Counted from the first letter of the stretch, positions 38,207-48,028 are shown. The stretch is DNA of 64,000 nucleotides from an uncultured delta proteobacterium (GCA_963808235.1 CAWEEQ010000004.1:2592001-2656000); one strand, 5' to 3'. Notes: generated by a model not told the origin, from the sequence alone. A program made the numbers and translations.

Positions 38207-38981
38207 CTAACGCCAGGTTTTCCAGGGAGCTGCCCCACGTTCCCATAAGTCGTTCAGAAAGAGGGTCTCGCGATAGGTGTCCATGCACTGCCAGAACCCA
38301 TCATGCTGATAGACGGCCAACTCGCCGCGCTCAGACAACCTGCTAAGCAGTCCAGTCTCGAGCACGTCGGCGTCGTCCTCGAATCAGGTCCAGAGCCTCC
38401 GGCTTGAAGACAAAGAACCCTCCATTGATCCATCCCTGCGTTACATTCGCCTTTTCGCGAAACAACACTACCTTGCTGTCCTTGATAGCAAGCTCTCCGT
38501 AGCGCGAAGAAGGGCGAACCGCTGTTACGGTAGCAAGGCGCCCTTCGCGATTGTGGCAAGCTATTAGGGCAGCCAGATCGATATTGGCGACACCGTCTCC
38601 ATAAGTCACCATAAAGGCCGAATCGCCGACGTATCTAGCGATTCGCTTGATACGACCACCAGTCATAGTATGCTTGCCGGTGTCGGAAAGTGTCACGCGC
38701 CAGCCGCTCTCGCCGTGGGCATCGTGAACGTCAACCTGATGCGACCCCAGAACTACCGTGAGGTCGCGATTGCGCATCTCGTAGTTCAGAAAATAGTCTC
38801 TAATCTGATCGCCTTTGTAGCCGAGGCAGATCACGAAATCGGTATGACCTTGAGCGGCGTAGAGCTTCATTATGTGCCACAGGATCGGCCGGTCGCCAAT
38901 CTCGACCATCGGTTTGGGCCGATACTCAGTCTCCTCGCGGAGCCGAGTCCCGAGTCCACCTGCCAGGATTACTACTTTCAT
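38207..38981 (-). pseudogene. rfbF: Glucose-1-phosphate cytidylyltransferase, frameshifted near 38382 (pseudogene or sequencing error)
   Basis: MKVVILAGGLGTRLREET..KPMVEIG, TMTGGR, TYGDG, WINGGFF; the conserved tail HDGFWQCMDT..LWE.GAAPWKTW continues in another frame to TAG at 38207. Confidence 0.85.
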
Positions 38982-39066
38982 ACCCGGTATACTTTATATT
39001 CCTATGCAGACTTGCGAGCCAGATGTGAGTCGGCAATCGATCGCATCGAGCTGGAAGCGGGCGCCC

Positions 39067-40104
39067 TCACCCGACGTTCGCGGACTTCGTCGGCCTCTCC
39101 CGATGGGAGAGGCGAATAAGTCTCAGGTGTCCGTAGAGGTTCATCGCGCCGCGCGCAATGCTGGCACCACAATAACTGAGAAGCAGAGCAGACGCGGCGC
39201 GGGCGGTGACGCCGGATTGCATCGCAGCCACCAACTCGCCGCGCGCTTCGATGGCCGATCCTTGTCTCAATAGGGCTATGCCATGAGCGACTTGCGCTTC
39301 CACGTATCGCGCCTGGAAGATGTGGTGGTATTCGCGCAAAGCCGGGTCATCCAGGAAACGGGAGTAGATATACTTGGAAGAGCTGCTGTTCTCGGGCGAT
39401 TGCGAGGCTGTTTGCGCCGTCGCATGCACTCTATAACGCACCATCCGCTCGGGAACATAGAACGCACCCTTTCCTGACCTGGCAGCCAGATAGGTGAGCC
39501 ATAGGTCGTAGTGAGGGCCGACCTCGAGCGGAAAATCGCTGAAGTCGATCAGGTTCGTCTTGATAACAGCCCCCATGACCATCGGGATGCTCTGCTGGAC
39601 CAATCCGATTTTGAAGAACGGCCGATGAGTGCCGGGGCTCAGTGTGTCGCGACTCCACCGTCGAGTATTCAGCTCGGTCTGGTGGGCGTCTATTTTCCCC
39701 TGGCTGTCGATTATGTGGTGATCGCAGAATGCCACCGCTACATCGTCGTCCGCCACTAGTGGAACCATCCGCGTGAGTAAGTCCGCTTCCCACTCGTCAT
39801 CGTCATTCAGGACCGCAAAGAGACTACCGGTCATCTCACGAAAGGCGGCGAGGTGGTTGCCTGCTATGCCGAGATTGGTGTCGTTGCATCGGAAGCGGAT
39901 GCGAGGATCGGCGAAAGAGTCGACCACGGCGCGGGTTGCCGCCGACTTCAGATTGGATGAGACGATGATCTCGACGTTGGCGTAGGTGCCGGCGATCGCG
40001 CTGGCGATCGCCTTGGCCAGGTAATCAGGCCGGTCGTAGGTGCATATGATGACGCTTACTAATGGTGGCTTATCGCTACTGTTTGTTGGGCTGGCTAACG
40101 TCAC
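39067..40104 (-). CDS. GT2 glycosyltransferase
   Basis: LVSVIICTYDR, NLGIAGN, LNDDD (DxD), YRVH. Confidence 0.9.
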   Translation of the reverse strand: MTLASPTNSSDKPPLVSVIICTYDRPDYLAKAIASAIAGTYANVEIIVSSNLKSAATRAVVDSFADPRIRFRCNDTNLGIAGNHLAAFREMTGSLFAVLNDDDEWEADLLTRMVPLVADDDVAVAFCDHHIIDSQGKIDAHQTELNTRRWSRDTLSPGTHRPFFKIGLVQQSIPMVMGAVIKTNLIDFSDFPLEVGPHYDLWLTYLAARSGKGAFYVPERMVRYRVHATAQTASQSPENSSSSKYIYSRFLDDPALREYHHIFQARYVEAQVAHGIALLRQGSAIEARGELVAAMQSGVTARAASALLLSYCGASIARGAMNLYGHLRLIRLSHRERPTKSANVG

Positions 40105-40267
40105 GGCGTTGTTCGGTCTGGAGGCCCTCCGAGCTTCAGGCCAAATGGAATCGAACAGTTGCGAGTTCTGCGGAGAACCCGGACTCGGGGGATTCCATCA
40201 CGGGCGATCGCGATGCTATCTTTGCCAGACTGTTTTTGCAAAGTAGCACTATCCTAAATATTTTTTG

Positions 40268-41509
40268 ATGCTCGAGAGACGCGAAATTAAGCATTTGGAG
40301 ATCCCGGTCCGGGAGACCGCGGGGCACGACTTTAGCCGGGTAAAGCTTCTGCTGGCGGGATGCCTGGCCGCTTTGAGTATCGCTTACCTCGCGAAGGGTT
40401 TTTACTACGGGATGTTCGTTGACGGCAGCGACGTGCTTCGTCGCTGGCTCGAACAGCGATTCGTATTCGGCCAGGAAAATCTGGATCCGCGAATTGTCGC
40501 CTTCGTACGCACGGAATTAATTTATCCTCCGTGGTCATATTTCACGGGCGTGCTTTTCTTTTGGCCGCCATGGCCGCAGGCGCGAATCTGGTTTGGCCTG
40601 GTCAACCTGGCGTCCCTGATATGGATCGTGCGATTCGTAGACGCGTATGCACGTGAGCAATCCAAACTGGATCGGCTGCTACTGGTGCTGTCGGTCACAG
40701 CTATCGCCGCAATCTGCACTACGCTGGGAGTTGGCAACTACCCGGTAATAGTAGTTGCGCTGCTGATCGGAGCGTACCAGGCGGATGAAGCAGACCGTCC
40801 CGTTTTGTCCGGCTTGCTGATCGGCGTGGCGATGCTCAAGCCGCAGATCGCGGGACCATTTTTACTGGTGGCGCTGGTGCGGGGGCGATTTCGCGCGCTG
40901 GCCGCCGCTGCGATCTATCTGATCGTTGCATGCGCCGCGATCTGGATGCTTTCGCCTGTAAACCCGCTCCGGATGCTTTCTCAATCGGCGCAACTGGGGA
41001 GCAACTTTGCCAATACCACTGACGGGCTGCTGGGCGTCGTACTCAACCTCGGCGTGCCCTACCGGCTGGCAGCTCCTATAACGGCGATCACAAGTCTCGC
41101 GATATTTATCCCGGTGCTCTGGTACTGTCGCGAGCGATCGCTGATGGTTCTGTTTGCGATTGCGGCGCTGACGAGCCGGGTGTGGACTTACAATCTCAAT
41201 ACCTCGAACCTGGTGTTTATCTTCCTTCTGCTGGCGCTGTGGAAGCTGGCGATCGAAAAGCGCGACACGCGGGCCGGCGCGCTGTTCATGGCGGTGGGCG
41301 TATCGCTGTGGATTCCGGCCAGCCTCTCCAGGTATCCCCTCCTCCAGATCGTCGAGCACCTGATCTGGCTCGGGGGACTTGCAGGGCTGCTGATTTTGGA
41401 TCGCGGCGCGACCGCCGCTATCCGCCAATCTGGTACATCGAGCGGTCACGCGTCGAGCGGCCTTCGAGCAGGTGGTGCCCGGTTGGCTTCAGCTCGACCG
41501 CGCGCTTGA
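40268..41509 (+). CDS. GT87 / DUF2029-like membrane glycosyltransferase (GT-C)
   Basis: IYPPW, LGVGN, GLLIGVAMLKPQ motifs with many TM segments. Confidence 0.75.
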   Translation: MLERREIKHLEIPVRETAGHDFSRVKLLLAGCLAALSIAYLAKGFYYGMFVDGSDVLRRWLEQRFVFGQENLDPRIVAFVRTELIYPPWSYFTGVLFFWPPWPQARIWFGLVNLASLIWIVRFVDAYAREQSKLDRLLLVLSVTAIAAICTTLGVGNYPVIVVALLIGAYQADEADRPVLSGLLIGVAMLKPQIAGPFLLVALVRGRFRALAAAAIYLIVACAAIWMLSPVNPLRMLSQSAQLGSNFANTTDGLLGVVLNLGVPYRLAAPITAITSLAIFIPVLWYCRERSLMVLFAIAALTSRVWTYNLNTSNLVFIFLLLALWKLAIEKRDTRAGALFMAVGVSLWIPASLSRYPLLQIVEHLIWLGGLAGLLILDRGATAAIRQSGTSSGHASSGLRAGGARLASARPRA

Positions 41510-42413
41510 GGATTCGCGCAACCGCGCCGATTCGATCGGTCGATTCAGAGCGCAGTGCGCCGCGCACGTCGAGCTCGTCGTCGTTGAGCAGGCAGAGGTG
41601 AAATTTGCCGTCCGCGGTGAGGCGCATCCGGTTGCAGGTTCCGCAATAAGGCTCGCTGACCGGGCTGATGAAACCGATCACGCCGCGCGCGCCGTGGATG
41701 CGGAAGTTGCGCGATTCGTCGGCCAGGTTTTCCGGCGGGATTTCGATCATGTTGCCGAGCGCCGCTTCGATTCTGCGCCGCGTCTCGATATTCGAAACGT
41801 AGCGCTTGACCGACAGCGTGGCGCATTCGCCGCCGCCGAGCGGCATCAGCTCGATGAATCGCACGTGCCAATCGCGCTCGAGGGTAAGGCGGGCGAGATC
41901 GACAACGTCGGATTCGTTGAAGCCGGCGGTGACGACCGCGTTGAGCTTGATCGGCGTCAGGCCGGCTTCTTCGGCGGCGAGGATTCCGCGCCAAATCTTC
42001 TCGAAGCTGCCCCATCGCATCTGCCGCTCGACGGTTTGCGGGTCGAGGCTGTCCAGATGCACGTTGATTCGATTCAGTCCCGCGCGGCGGAGCGGTCGCG
42101 CGAGATCGCCGAGCAGAAGCGCGTTGGTGGTCAGCGCGAGCGCGTTGACGCCGGGGACGCGGGCGAGGCGCTCACAGATCTCGACGATATCCAGGCGCAG
42201 CGTCGGCTCGCCTCCGGTCAGCCGGAATTTTCGAAAGCCCACGCTAACGGCGGCGCGCGCGACGGTCTCGAATTCGGCCGGCGTCAGCAGCTCGGCGTTG
42301 GGGAGAAAGCGCAAGCCTTCGAGCGGCATGCAGTAGACGCATCGGAGGTTGCAGCGGTCGATTACGGACAGGCGCAGGTAATCGATCTCACGGTTGAAGG
42401 AATCGCGGGGCAC
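41418..42413 (-). CDS. moaA: GTP 3',8-cyclase (molybdenum cofactor biosynthesis)
   Basis: YLRLSVIDRCNLRCVYCMP, TGGEP, CGTCNRMRLTADG..CL, C-terminal MYQIGG; start approximate. Confidence 0.95.
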   Translation of the reverse strand: MPRDSFNREIDYLRLSVIDRCNLRCVYCMPLEGLRFLPNAELLTPAEFETVARAAVSVGFRKFRLTGGEPTLRLDIVEICERLARVPGVNALALTTNALLLGDLARPLRRAGLNRINVHLDSLDPQTVERQMRWGSFEKIWRGILAAEEAGLTPIKLNAVVTAGFNESDVVDLARLTLERDWHVRFIELMPLGGGECATLSVKRYVSNIETRRRIEAALGNMIEIPPENLADESRNFRIHGARGVIGFISPVSEPYCGTCNRMRLTADGKFHLCLLNDDELDVRGALRSESTDRIGAVARILKRAVELKPTGHHLLEGRSTRDRSMYQIGG

Positions 42414-42535
42414 AACTTCATAGTTATCGGAGCGCCTCCGATGAAACAACGTGGCCTCGGTACGATTGTTTCGCGGCGCGGAGGAATCCTGTTAGGCTGA
42501 GCGCGACAATTTCCGAGGCGTGAGAGTCGATAATC

Positions 42536-43162
42536 GTGACGATTTTTTTCCGATTGCGCAGTCGCATGACGACGGTGGCGATAGCGCTCGCGGGATGTGC
42601 GATGCTGGCGTCTTCGAGCTACGCATCGTCGAGCAACCGTGCGGCTTCCGACGTGATCGTCGGCGATGCTGAAGCTCTCATCAAGCGGGCCGGTCAATCC
42701 GATCCGGCCGACACCAAAAAAATACATGAGGCGATGGACAAACTGCACGAAGCCCTGCGTGTCGATCCCGAAAACGACTCCGCTTATGTGGACTTAGGCT
42801 TCTGTTACGGGGTGCTGCGCGACGGGACCACGGCGACCGACATGTACACCAAGGCGACCCAGCTGAATCCGTCGGGCGCGAATTTTATCGAATTGGCCGA
42901 CATCTATTTGCGCACGGGCGACGCCGAAGATGCGCTGTTGGCGGCCAACGCCGGACTCGCAAAAGATCCGGAAAATGCGCGTCTCTACAATGCCAAAGGC
43001 ATGGCGCTCAACGATTTGCAGCGCTTCGACGAGGCGGAAGAGGCGTGGGAAAAGGCGCTGCGGCTGAAGCCGGACTTCCCGGCCGCGAAGGCAAATCTGC
43101 AAGCGCTGAACGGGGGCGCGACCGGCCGCGGCAGTATCACAAAGCATCCGGCGCAGAACTAG
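42536..43162 (+). CDS. Secreted TPR-repeat protein
   Basis: Signal-like N-terminus; ALRVDP..AYVDLG, ALRLKPDF..A..NL TPR repeats. Confidence 0.8.
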   Translation: MTIFFRLRSRMTTVAIALAGCAMLASSSYASSSNRAASDVIVGDAEALIKRAGQSDPADTKKIHEAMDKLHEALRVDPENDSAYVDLGFCYGVLRDGTTATDMYTKATQLNPSGANFIELADIYLRTGDAEDALLAANAGLAKDPENARLYNAKGMALNDLQRFDEAEEAWEKALRLKPDFPAAKANLQALNGGATGRGSITKHPAQN

Positions 43163-43178
43163 TCGAATCTCTAGTTTT

Positions 43179-43514
43179 TCACTGGCCGCTGATCGGACGC
43201 TCGGGCTCACCGACGCAGTAAGCGCATCGGCACAGATCTCTCAGCTGGCGCATCGTGTAGATACTCTCGTGACCATCGACCCATCCGATGAAGACTGCCG
43301 CATCGCCGAGGCGCGAAAACTGCGCGAGGCGCTGGCTGGCAGGCGGAATCTCGCCGGTCAATCCGCCCTTGCACGCATCGCAGAGGCATCCGCGGCGCAA
43401 ATTCTCGAGCGGAAAAATACTGTCGTGACCGTCGACCCACTGCACGCCGACGGCGTAGCGCCCGACTTCGTGAAGTTCTTTGATCTTCGGAGTCTTTGAC
43501 TTGATAAGGGCCAT
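43179..43514 (-). CDS. Tandem DUF971 (GBBH-N-like) metal-binding domain protein
   Basis: Two copies of W.DGH.SI(F/Y)...LR..CxCxxC. Confidence 0.8.
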   Translation of the reverse strand: MALIKSKTPKIKELHEVGRYAVGVQWVDGHDSIFPLENLRRGCLCDACKGGLTGEIPPASQRLAQFSRLGDAAVFIGWVDGHESIYTMRQLRDLCRCAYCVGEPERPISGQ

Positions 43515-43606
43515 GGGTAAAGTCTCGAAAAGAGTATATCCCCTCGATCGACGACGCGGAACAATTTCATGATTCGCATCTTAATCACCCGAAGGAGTTT
43601 TCGATC

Positions 43607-44083
43607 ATGGATGAAAAAGCGAAAAAACAAGCGCTCCTGATGATCCCCTACGGACTCTTCGTGCTTGGCGCCACGCACGGCGGAACGGCCACTGCGGCCA
43701 CCGTCAACTGGGTTACGCAAGCGAGTTTCAACCCGCCGCTGGTGGTGGTGGGAATCAAGAAGGACTCGGGTTCGCATGCGATGGTGAAGGACTCGAAGAA
43801 GTTTGCGCTGTCGGTGCTCGGCGCGGGACAAAAGGCGATCGCGGGGGCATTCTTTCGCCACGTCGAACCCAAGGACGGCAAGTTCGGCGACTTCGCTTTT
43901 CAGAATGGAAAAAACGGCGCGCCGATAATCAGCGACGCGCCCGCGTCGGTGGAGTGCGAGGTGGTCGGCTTCTACGAACTCGGCGATCACAGCGTCGTGG
44001 TCGGCAAAGTGACCGAGGCGCATATCAATCGCGAGGGCGAGGCTCTCACGATGAAAGAGACCGGTTGGAATTACGGTGGATAG
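43607..44083 (+). CDS. Flavin reductase-like family protein
   Basis: IPYGLFV, QASFNPPLV, GAPII, GDHSVVVGKV; AGGAG RBS. Confidence 0.9.
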   Translation: MDEKAKKQALLMIPYGLFVLGATHGGTATAATVNWVTQASFNPPLVVVGIKKDSGSHAMVKDSKKFALSVLGAGQKAIAGAFFRHVEPKDGKFGDFAFQNGKNGAPIISDAPASVECEVVGFYELGDHSVVVGKVTEAHINREGEALTMKETGWNYGG

Positions 44084-44095
44084 AATCGGCTGACG

Positions 44096-45142
44096 ATGGC
44101 TTCCGAAGCGGCGAAGATTTCGAGTGACGAGATGCGCCGCTCACTCGAGCGGCTCGCATCGCATGCGGGAGCAGAGCTAGTCGCCAAGCAGCCGCATTGG
44201 GGCGACGCGATTCTGTGTGACGGGTTGATCTACGCCGCGACGGCGCTTGGAAAAGGTGACCCGATCCAGGCGGCAGAGAAATGGTTCGCACCGAAGCTCG
44301 GGCAGGGTCCCCGGACCGGCGGATGGTTCTGGTTCTGGGCGGCGGAGGCGCTGCCGGCGCTGGACTTGCATCTGAAGACCGGTGACGCGCGCTATCTCGA
44401 ATACGCGCGCACCGTCATCGACTTCATGGAGAACACGGCCGCACGCACTCCCGACGGCGCATTCGTACCGCATCCGCCGGCACTCGAGGTGTGGATCGAC
44501 GTCTGCTACTTCACTGCGCCGGCGATCGCGAGGCTCGGGCGAATCTCGGACGACACCTCGATGATCGAGCGCGCGCTCGATCAGATGATTCTTCACGCTG
44601 ATCATCTTGTCGATTCGCACAGCGGACTTTTCTGGCATGTAGCTTACGTCGAAAAAAAGTCGCATTCCGCGTGCTTGTGGGCTCGCGGCAATAGCTGGTT
44701 TTCGATTGCGGCGCCGCAAGTGCTCGCGGAAGTCGACGCGGCCGCACTAAGCGCGCGTTTCGCCGACAAGACTGAAAAAATTCGCACTGTGCTTGCGCGC
44801 CAGCTGAACGCGATCGCACGGCCTCAGGACGACAGCGGGCTCTGGCATACCGTGATCGATCGCCCCGATTCGTACCTGGAAGCGTCTTCCGCGGCTGGAT
44901 TCGCACTGGCGCTGGGACGCGCGCTCAAGACCGGGCTCGTCGGACTCGATCGCGACCTCTTGAGCCAATCGTACACGCGCGCGCTTCGCGCGATCTGCGC
45001 GAAGATAGACTCGACGGGAGAGTTCACCGGCGTGTCGCAGCAGACTCCGCCCGGAGACTTCGCCTTTTACAACTCGATAGAGACTGGAACAGCGCCGTTC
45101 GCGACCGGCGTCTGCATGATGGCCCTAAGCGAGGCGGTTTAG
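44096..45142 (+). CDS. Glycoside hydrolase family 88/105 (unsaturated uronyl hydrolase-like)
   Basis: VWIDVCYF, SGLFWH, WARGNSW, QDDSGLWHTVID, YLEASS. Confidence 0.8.
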   Translation: MASEAAKISSDEMRRSLERLASHAGAELVAKQPHWGDAILCDGLIYAATALGKGDPIQAAEKWFAPKLGQGPRTGGWFWFWAAEALPALDLHLKTGDARYLEYARTVIDFMENTAARTPDGAFVPHPPALEVWIDVCYFTAPAIARLGRISDDTSMIERALDQMILHADHLVDSHSGLFWHVAYVEKKSHSACLWARGNSWFSIAAPQVLAEVDAAALSARFADKTEKIRTVLARQLNAIARPQDDSGLWHTVIDRPDSYLEASSAAGFALALGRALKTGLVGLDRDLLSQSYTRALRAICAKIDSTGEFTGVSQQTPPGDFAFYNSIETGTAPFATGVCMMALSEAV

Positions 45143-45144
45143 AC

Positions 45145-46201
45145 ATGCCAAACAAAAAAGTCGTAGTGCTGCCGGGCGACGATGCGGCGCCGGAAGCGAT
45201 GGCGGCGACGATGGACACGCTGCGCGCGCTCAAACTGGCAATCGATTACGTCGAATTTCCGCCCGGTGACAAGTGGGTCCGCGGCGAGACCGACGCTGCC
45301 GCGCGCAAAGCGATCGACGCATCCGACACCACGCTGTTCGGATCGACCTCGGGCAAGACCACCGCGATCACGTATCTGCGCTGGGGCAAACAGACGTTCG
45401 CCAACGTTCGGCCAATCCGCTACTCGAAGGGTTTCAATAGCCCGCTCGCGCATCCGGAGGGAATCGACTTCGTGATCGTGCGCGAAAATCTGGAGGACTT
45501 GTATCTCGGCCTCGAGGGACCGCTCGAAGCGCTCGCGCCGCTGCGCCTGATGAGCAAGATTTTGCGCGCGCCGCTGGACACCACGGAACGCGGAATCTAC
45601 GCGATAAAAGTGATCACCGAGCGCGCGACGCGCCGGGTCGCCGAGTTCGCATGCCAGCTCGCGATCAAACGCAAACGCGCGGGCGGCAAGGGCAAGCTAA
45701 CCTGCACCTCGAAGTACAACATGCTGCGCGAGTCAGACGGTCTGTTCCGCAGAATCGTCGAGGAGACCGCGGCCACGCATCCGGAAATCAAGTACGAACA
45801 GTTTATCGTGGACGACTTCGCGCGGCGGCTGGTGCAATCTCCGCAGGACCTCGACGTGGTGGTCGCGCCAAATCTCTACGGCGACATCCTGTCCGACGCG
45901 GCGGCGGGAACGATCGGCGGACTCGGACTCGCGCCAAGCGGATGCTACGGCGCGGATTACGCCTACTTCGAATCGGTGCATGGCACCGCGCCCGATATCA
46001 TGGGAATGGGCATCATCAATCCGTCGGCGACGATGCTCTCGGCGGCGCTGATGCTCGAGTACCTCGGCTTCGCCGACGCGGGCGCGCGCTTCGATGCCGC
46101 AGTGCGCAAAGTCTACGCGGAGGGGCGAGTGCTCACACCCGACCAGGGCGGCACCGCGAAGACGTTCAGAGTTCACGCGCGCTGTAATTGGGAATCTGTA
46201 A
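45145..46201 (+). CDS. Isocitrate/isopropylmalate/tartrate dehydrogenase family protein (apparent +1 frameshift at 46165)
   Basis: LPGDD..PE, FANVRP, IVRENLEDLY, PNLYGDILSD, FESVHGTAPDI, NPSATMLS, TPDQGG; natural tail TSEFTRAVIGNL* lies in the shifted frame. Confidence 0.85.
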
Positions 46202-46210
46202 GATCCAAAA

Positions 46211-47128
46211 TCACTGAAATGCGGACATTACCGCTTCGTAGTATTTGATCGCGCCCGTCGGATCCGGATGTCCGACTGACGCGCGGCGACAGGTTTGGCA
46301 ATCGAGCCATCCCGGGACGAGGCGGATGCATGCCTCGGTGCGTTGATCGACAACCTCGTCTTCTGCCGCCAAATCCATCCCGACGTTCCATAGCCAGGGA
46401 TCCGACTCGAACAAAGCATTCTGCGCCTGGAACGGCGGGAGTATGTAAGTGATTCTGTTGTCGGCGACGTCCTTTACGGCGGCTTTGAAGCAGAGATCGG
46501 ACTCGGTCCAGAATTGAACCGCGAGGTCGCGCGGATCGTTGGCGCCGGCACTCTGCATCAAAACCTCGACATTGGGAATCCCGCGCGCCTTCAACAGGAA
46601 TGGTATCCCGTGCTCCTCACTGTTCTCGCTGAGGATCGGATAGTAGCCGAGCAGGATAATTCTGCACTGAGGATCCGAGAACTTCGCGCAGACCGCCTGC
46701 AGCAAAAGTTTCATATCGGCATAGCAATGCTGCTTGATCAGGGCGCTGAGCGTTGGTGGCGCGGTGGTCGGATTCAACAAGACGCGGATATCGATGTCGT
46801 TGATTCCGCCATTCATCAGAATCACGCGCACGGCGGATGGTTCGGCGTACTGATTGCACTGATCGAAAATGGTCGGACCCGACGACGGGATCTCGCCCGG
46901 TAACGTGGGCCATTTTGAATTTATTCCGGCTCCGATGACCGCCCCCGAATGCGCGCGCATCGCAGCCTGCAGGCCCGGATACTGCTGCGACAACTGATCG
47001 AACACCAACTGATGGAACTTGTTGCCTTCTTCGAGGCCCTGTCCCCACATGACCGAGTCGCCCATCACCAGCATCACGGGCGGCTGTGCATTGGTTGTCG
47101 GCGGATTGGTACCTGTTGGTGCACTCAC
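46211..47128 (-). CDS. SGNH/GDSL hydrolase family protein
   Basis: MGDSVMWGQG, AHSGA, NGGIND, GHP blocks. Confidence 0.8.
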   Translation of the reverse strand: MSAPTGTNPPTTNAQPPVMLVMGDSVMWGQGLEEGNKFHQLVFDQLSQQYPGLQAAMRAHSGAVIGAGINSKWPTLPGEIPSSGPTIFDQCNQYAEPSAVRVILMNGGINDIDIRVLLNPTTAPPTLSALIKQHCYADMKLLLQAVCAKFSDPQCRIILLGYYPILSENSEEHGIPFLLKARGIPNVEVLMQSAGANDPRDLAVQFWTESDLCFKAAVKDVADNRITYILPPFQAQNALFESDPWLWNVGMDLAAEDEVVDQRTEACIRLVPGWLDCQTCRRASVGHPDPTGAIKYYEAVMSAFQ

Positions 47129-47158
47129 GGTTAAGTCCCCTTTGATTCCGGAAACAGA

Positions 47159-47788
47159 CTAGTTCGCGCGCCGAATAGCGGCTACTCCGGCGCCCGCCGC
47201 GATCAGCATCGCGCCCGCCGCGGTGTTGGTCGCTCGCGCAAAGCGCGGACGTGTCGCCAGGTGGGTCAGGCGGCCGGCGGCCGCACCGTAGGCAAACAGG
47301 ACGAAGAATTCAATCGTGATGCTGGTGGCGGCAAGAATCGCGACCTGAATCGCGACGCTCCCGCGCGGATCGATAAATTGCGGCAGCAGCGCGGCAAAGA
47401 AGATTAGCGCTTTGGGGTTCGATGCCTGCAGGATGAATCCGTTGAGCATCATCCGCGCTGACGAAACGGGCGGCGCGTTTGCGCGTGCGGACGAAACTGC
47501 CGATGACCTCTTGAAGATCGTGACGACGCCGAGCCACACCAGGTATCCGGCGCCGATCCATTTGATCATGAAAAAGAGATTGTACGATGCGATCAGAATC
47601 GCGCCGATGCCGGTTGCGGAAATCAGGAAGTAAAATGCGTTGCCGGCGAGAATTCCCAGACTCGACCATAACGCGGCAATTCGTCCCCGCGACAATCCCT
47701 GCGCAACCACCAGCAATACGGCAGGTCCGGGGGTCAGGCAAAGAATCGTCTCGGTGACCGCAAACAATGCCCAGATTTTCCAGCTCAT
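47159..47788 (-). CDS. LysE/RhtB-family amino acid efflux protein
   Basis: LTPGPAV, KWIGAGYLVWLG, NPKALIFF..LLPQFI. Confidence 0.92.
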   Translation of the reverse strand: MSWKIWALFAVTETILCLTPGPAVLLVVAQGLSRGRIAALWSSLGILAGNAFYFLISATGIGAILIASYNLFFMIKWIGAGYLVWLGVVTIFKRSSAVSSARANAPPVSSARMMLNGFILQASNPKALIFFAALLPQFIDPRGSVAIQVAILAATSITIEFFVLFAYGAAAGRLTHLATRPRFARATNTAAGAMLIAAGAGVAAIRRAN

Positions 47789-47903
47789 CGAGGAAATACT
47801 AAATCACAGTTTTCGAACCTGGATCGACGCGCTTGTTACAGTTGACTCGGGGCACGGAGGCGCGGATATTCTCATCAACTCCCCGGCGGGAGGTGCGCAC
47901 AAA

Positions 47904-47972
47904 ATGAATAGCAACTTGAAAGATCTTGTCGAATTGCGCGTGAGTGCGCCTCCGCTGAGCAGTCGCCGGTAA
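47904..47972 (+). other. Putative 22-aa leader peptide (MNSNLKDLVELRVSAPPLSSRR)
   Basis: GGAGGT Shine-Dalgarno upstream of ATG 47904; terminator hairpin follows. Confidence 0.35.
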
Positions 47973-47997
47973 AGAACAGAAATTCCCCGACATCTCA

Positions 47998-48028
47998 GCC
48001 ACGGAGGCATCGCTCCCGTGGTTTTTTT
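47998..48028 (+). terminator. Intrinsic terminator / attenuator upstream of the RIO1 gene
   Basis: GCCACGG...CCGTGGT stem followed by a T7 run. Confidence 0.65.

Noticed and set aside
46211-47128. SGNH hydrolase as the DltD/AlgJ-like partner of the MBOAT
   Set aside because: It is about 18 kb away, outside the glycan locus, with no signal peptide or TM anchor
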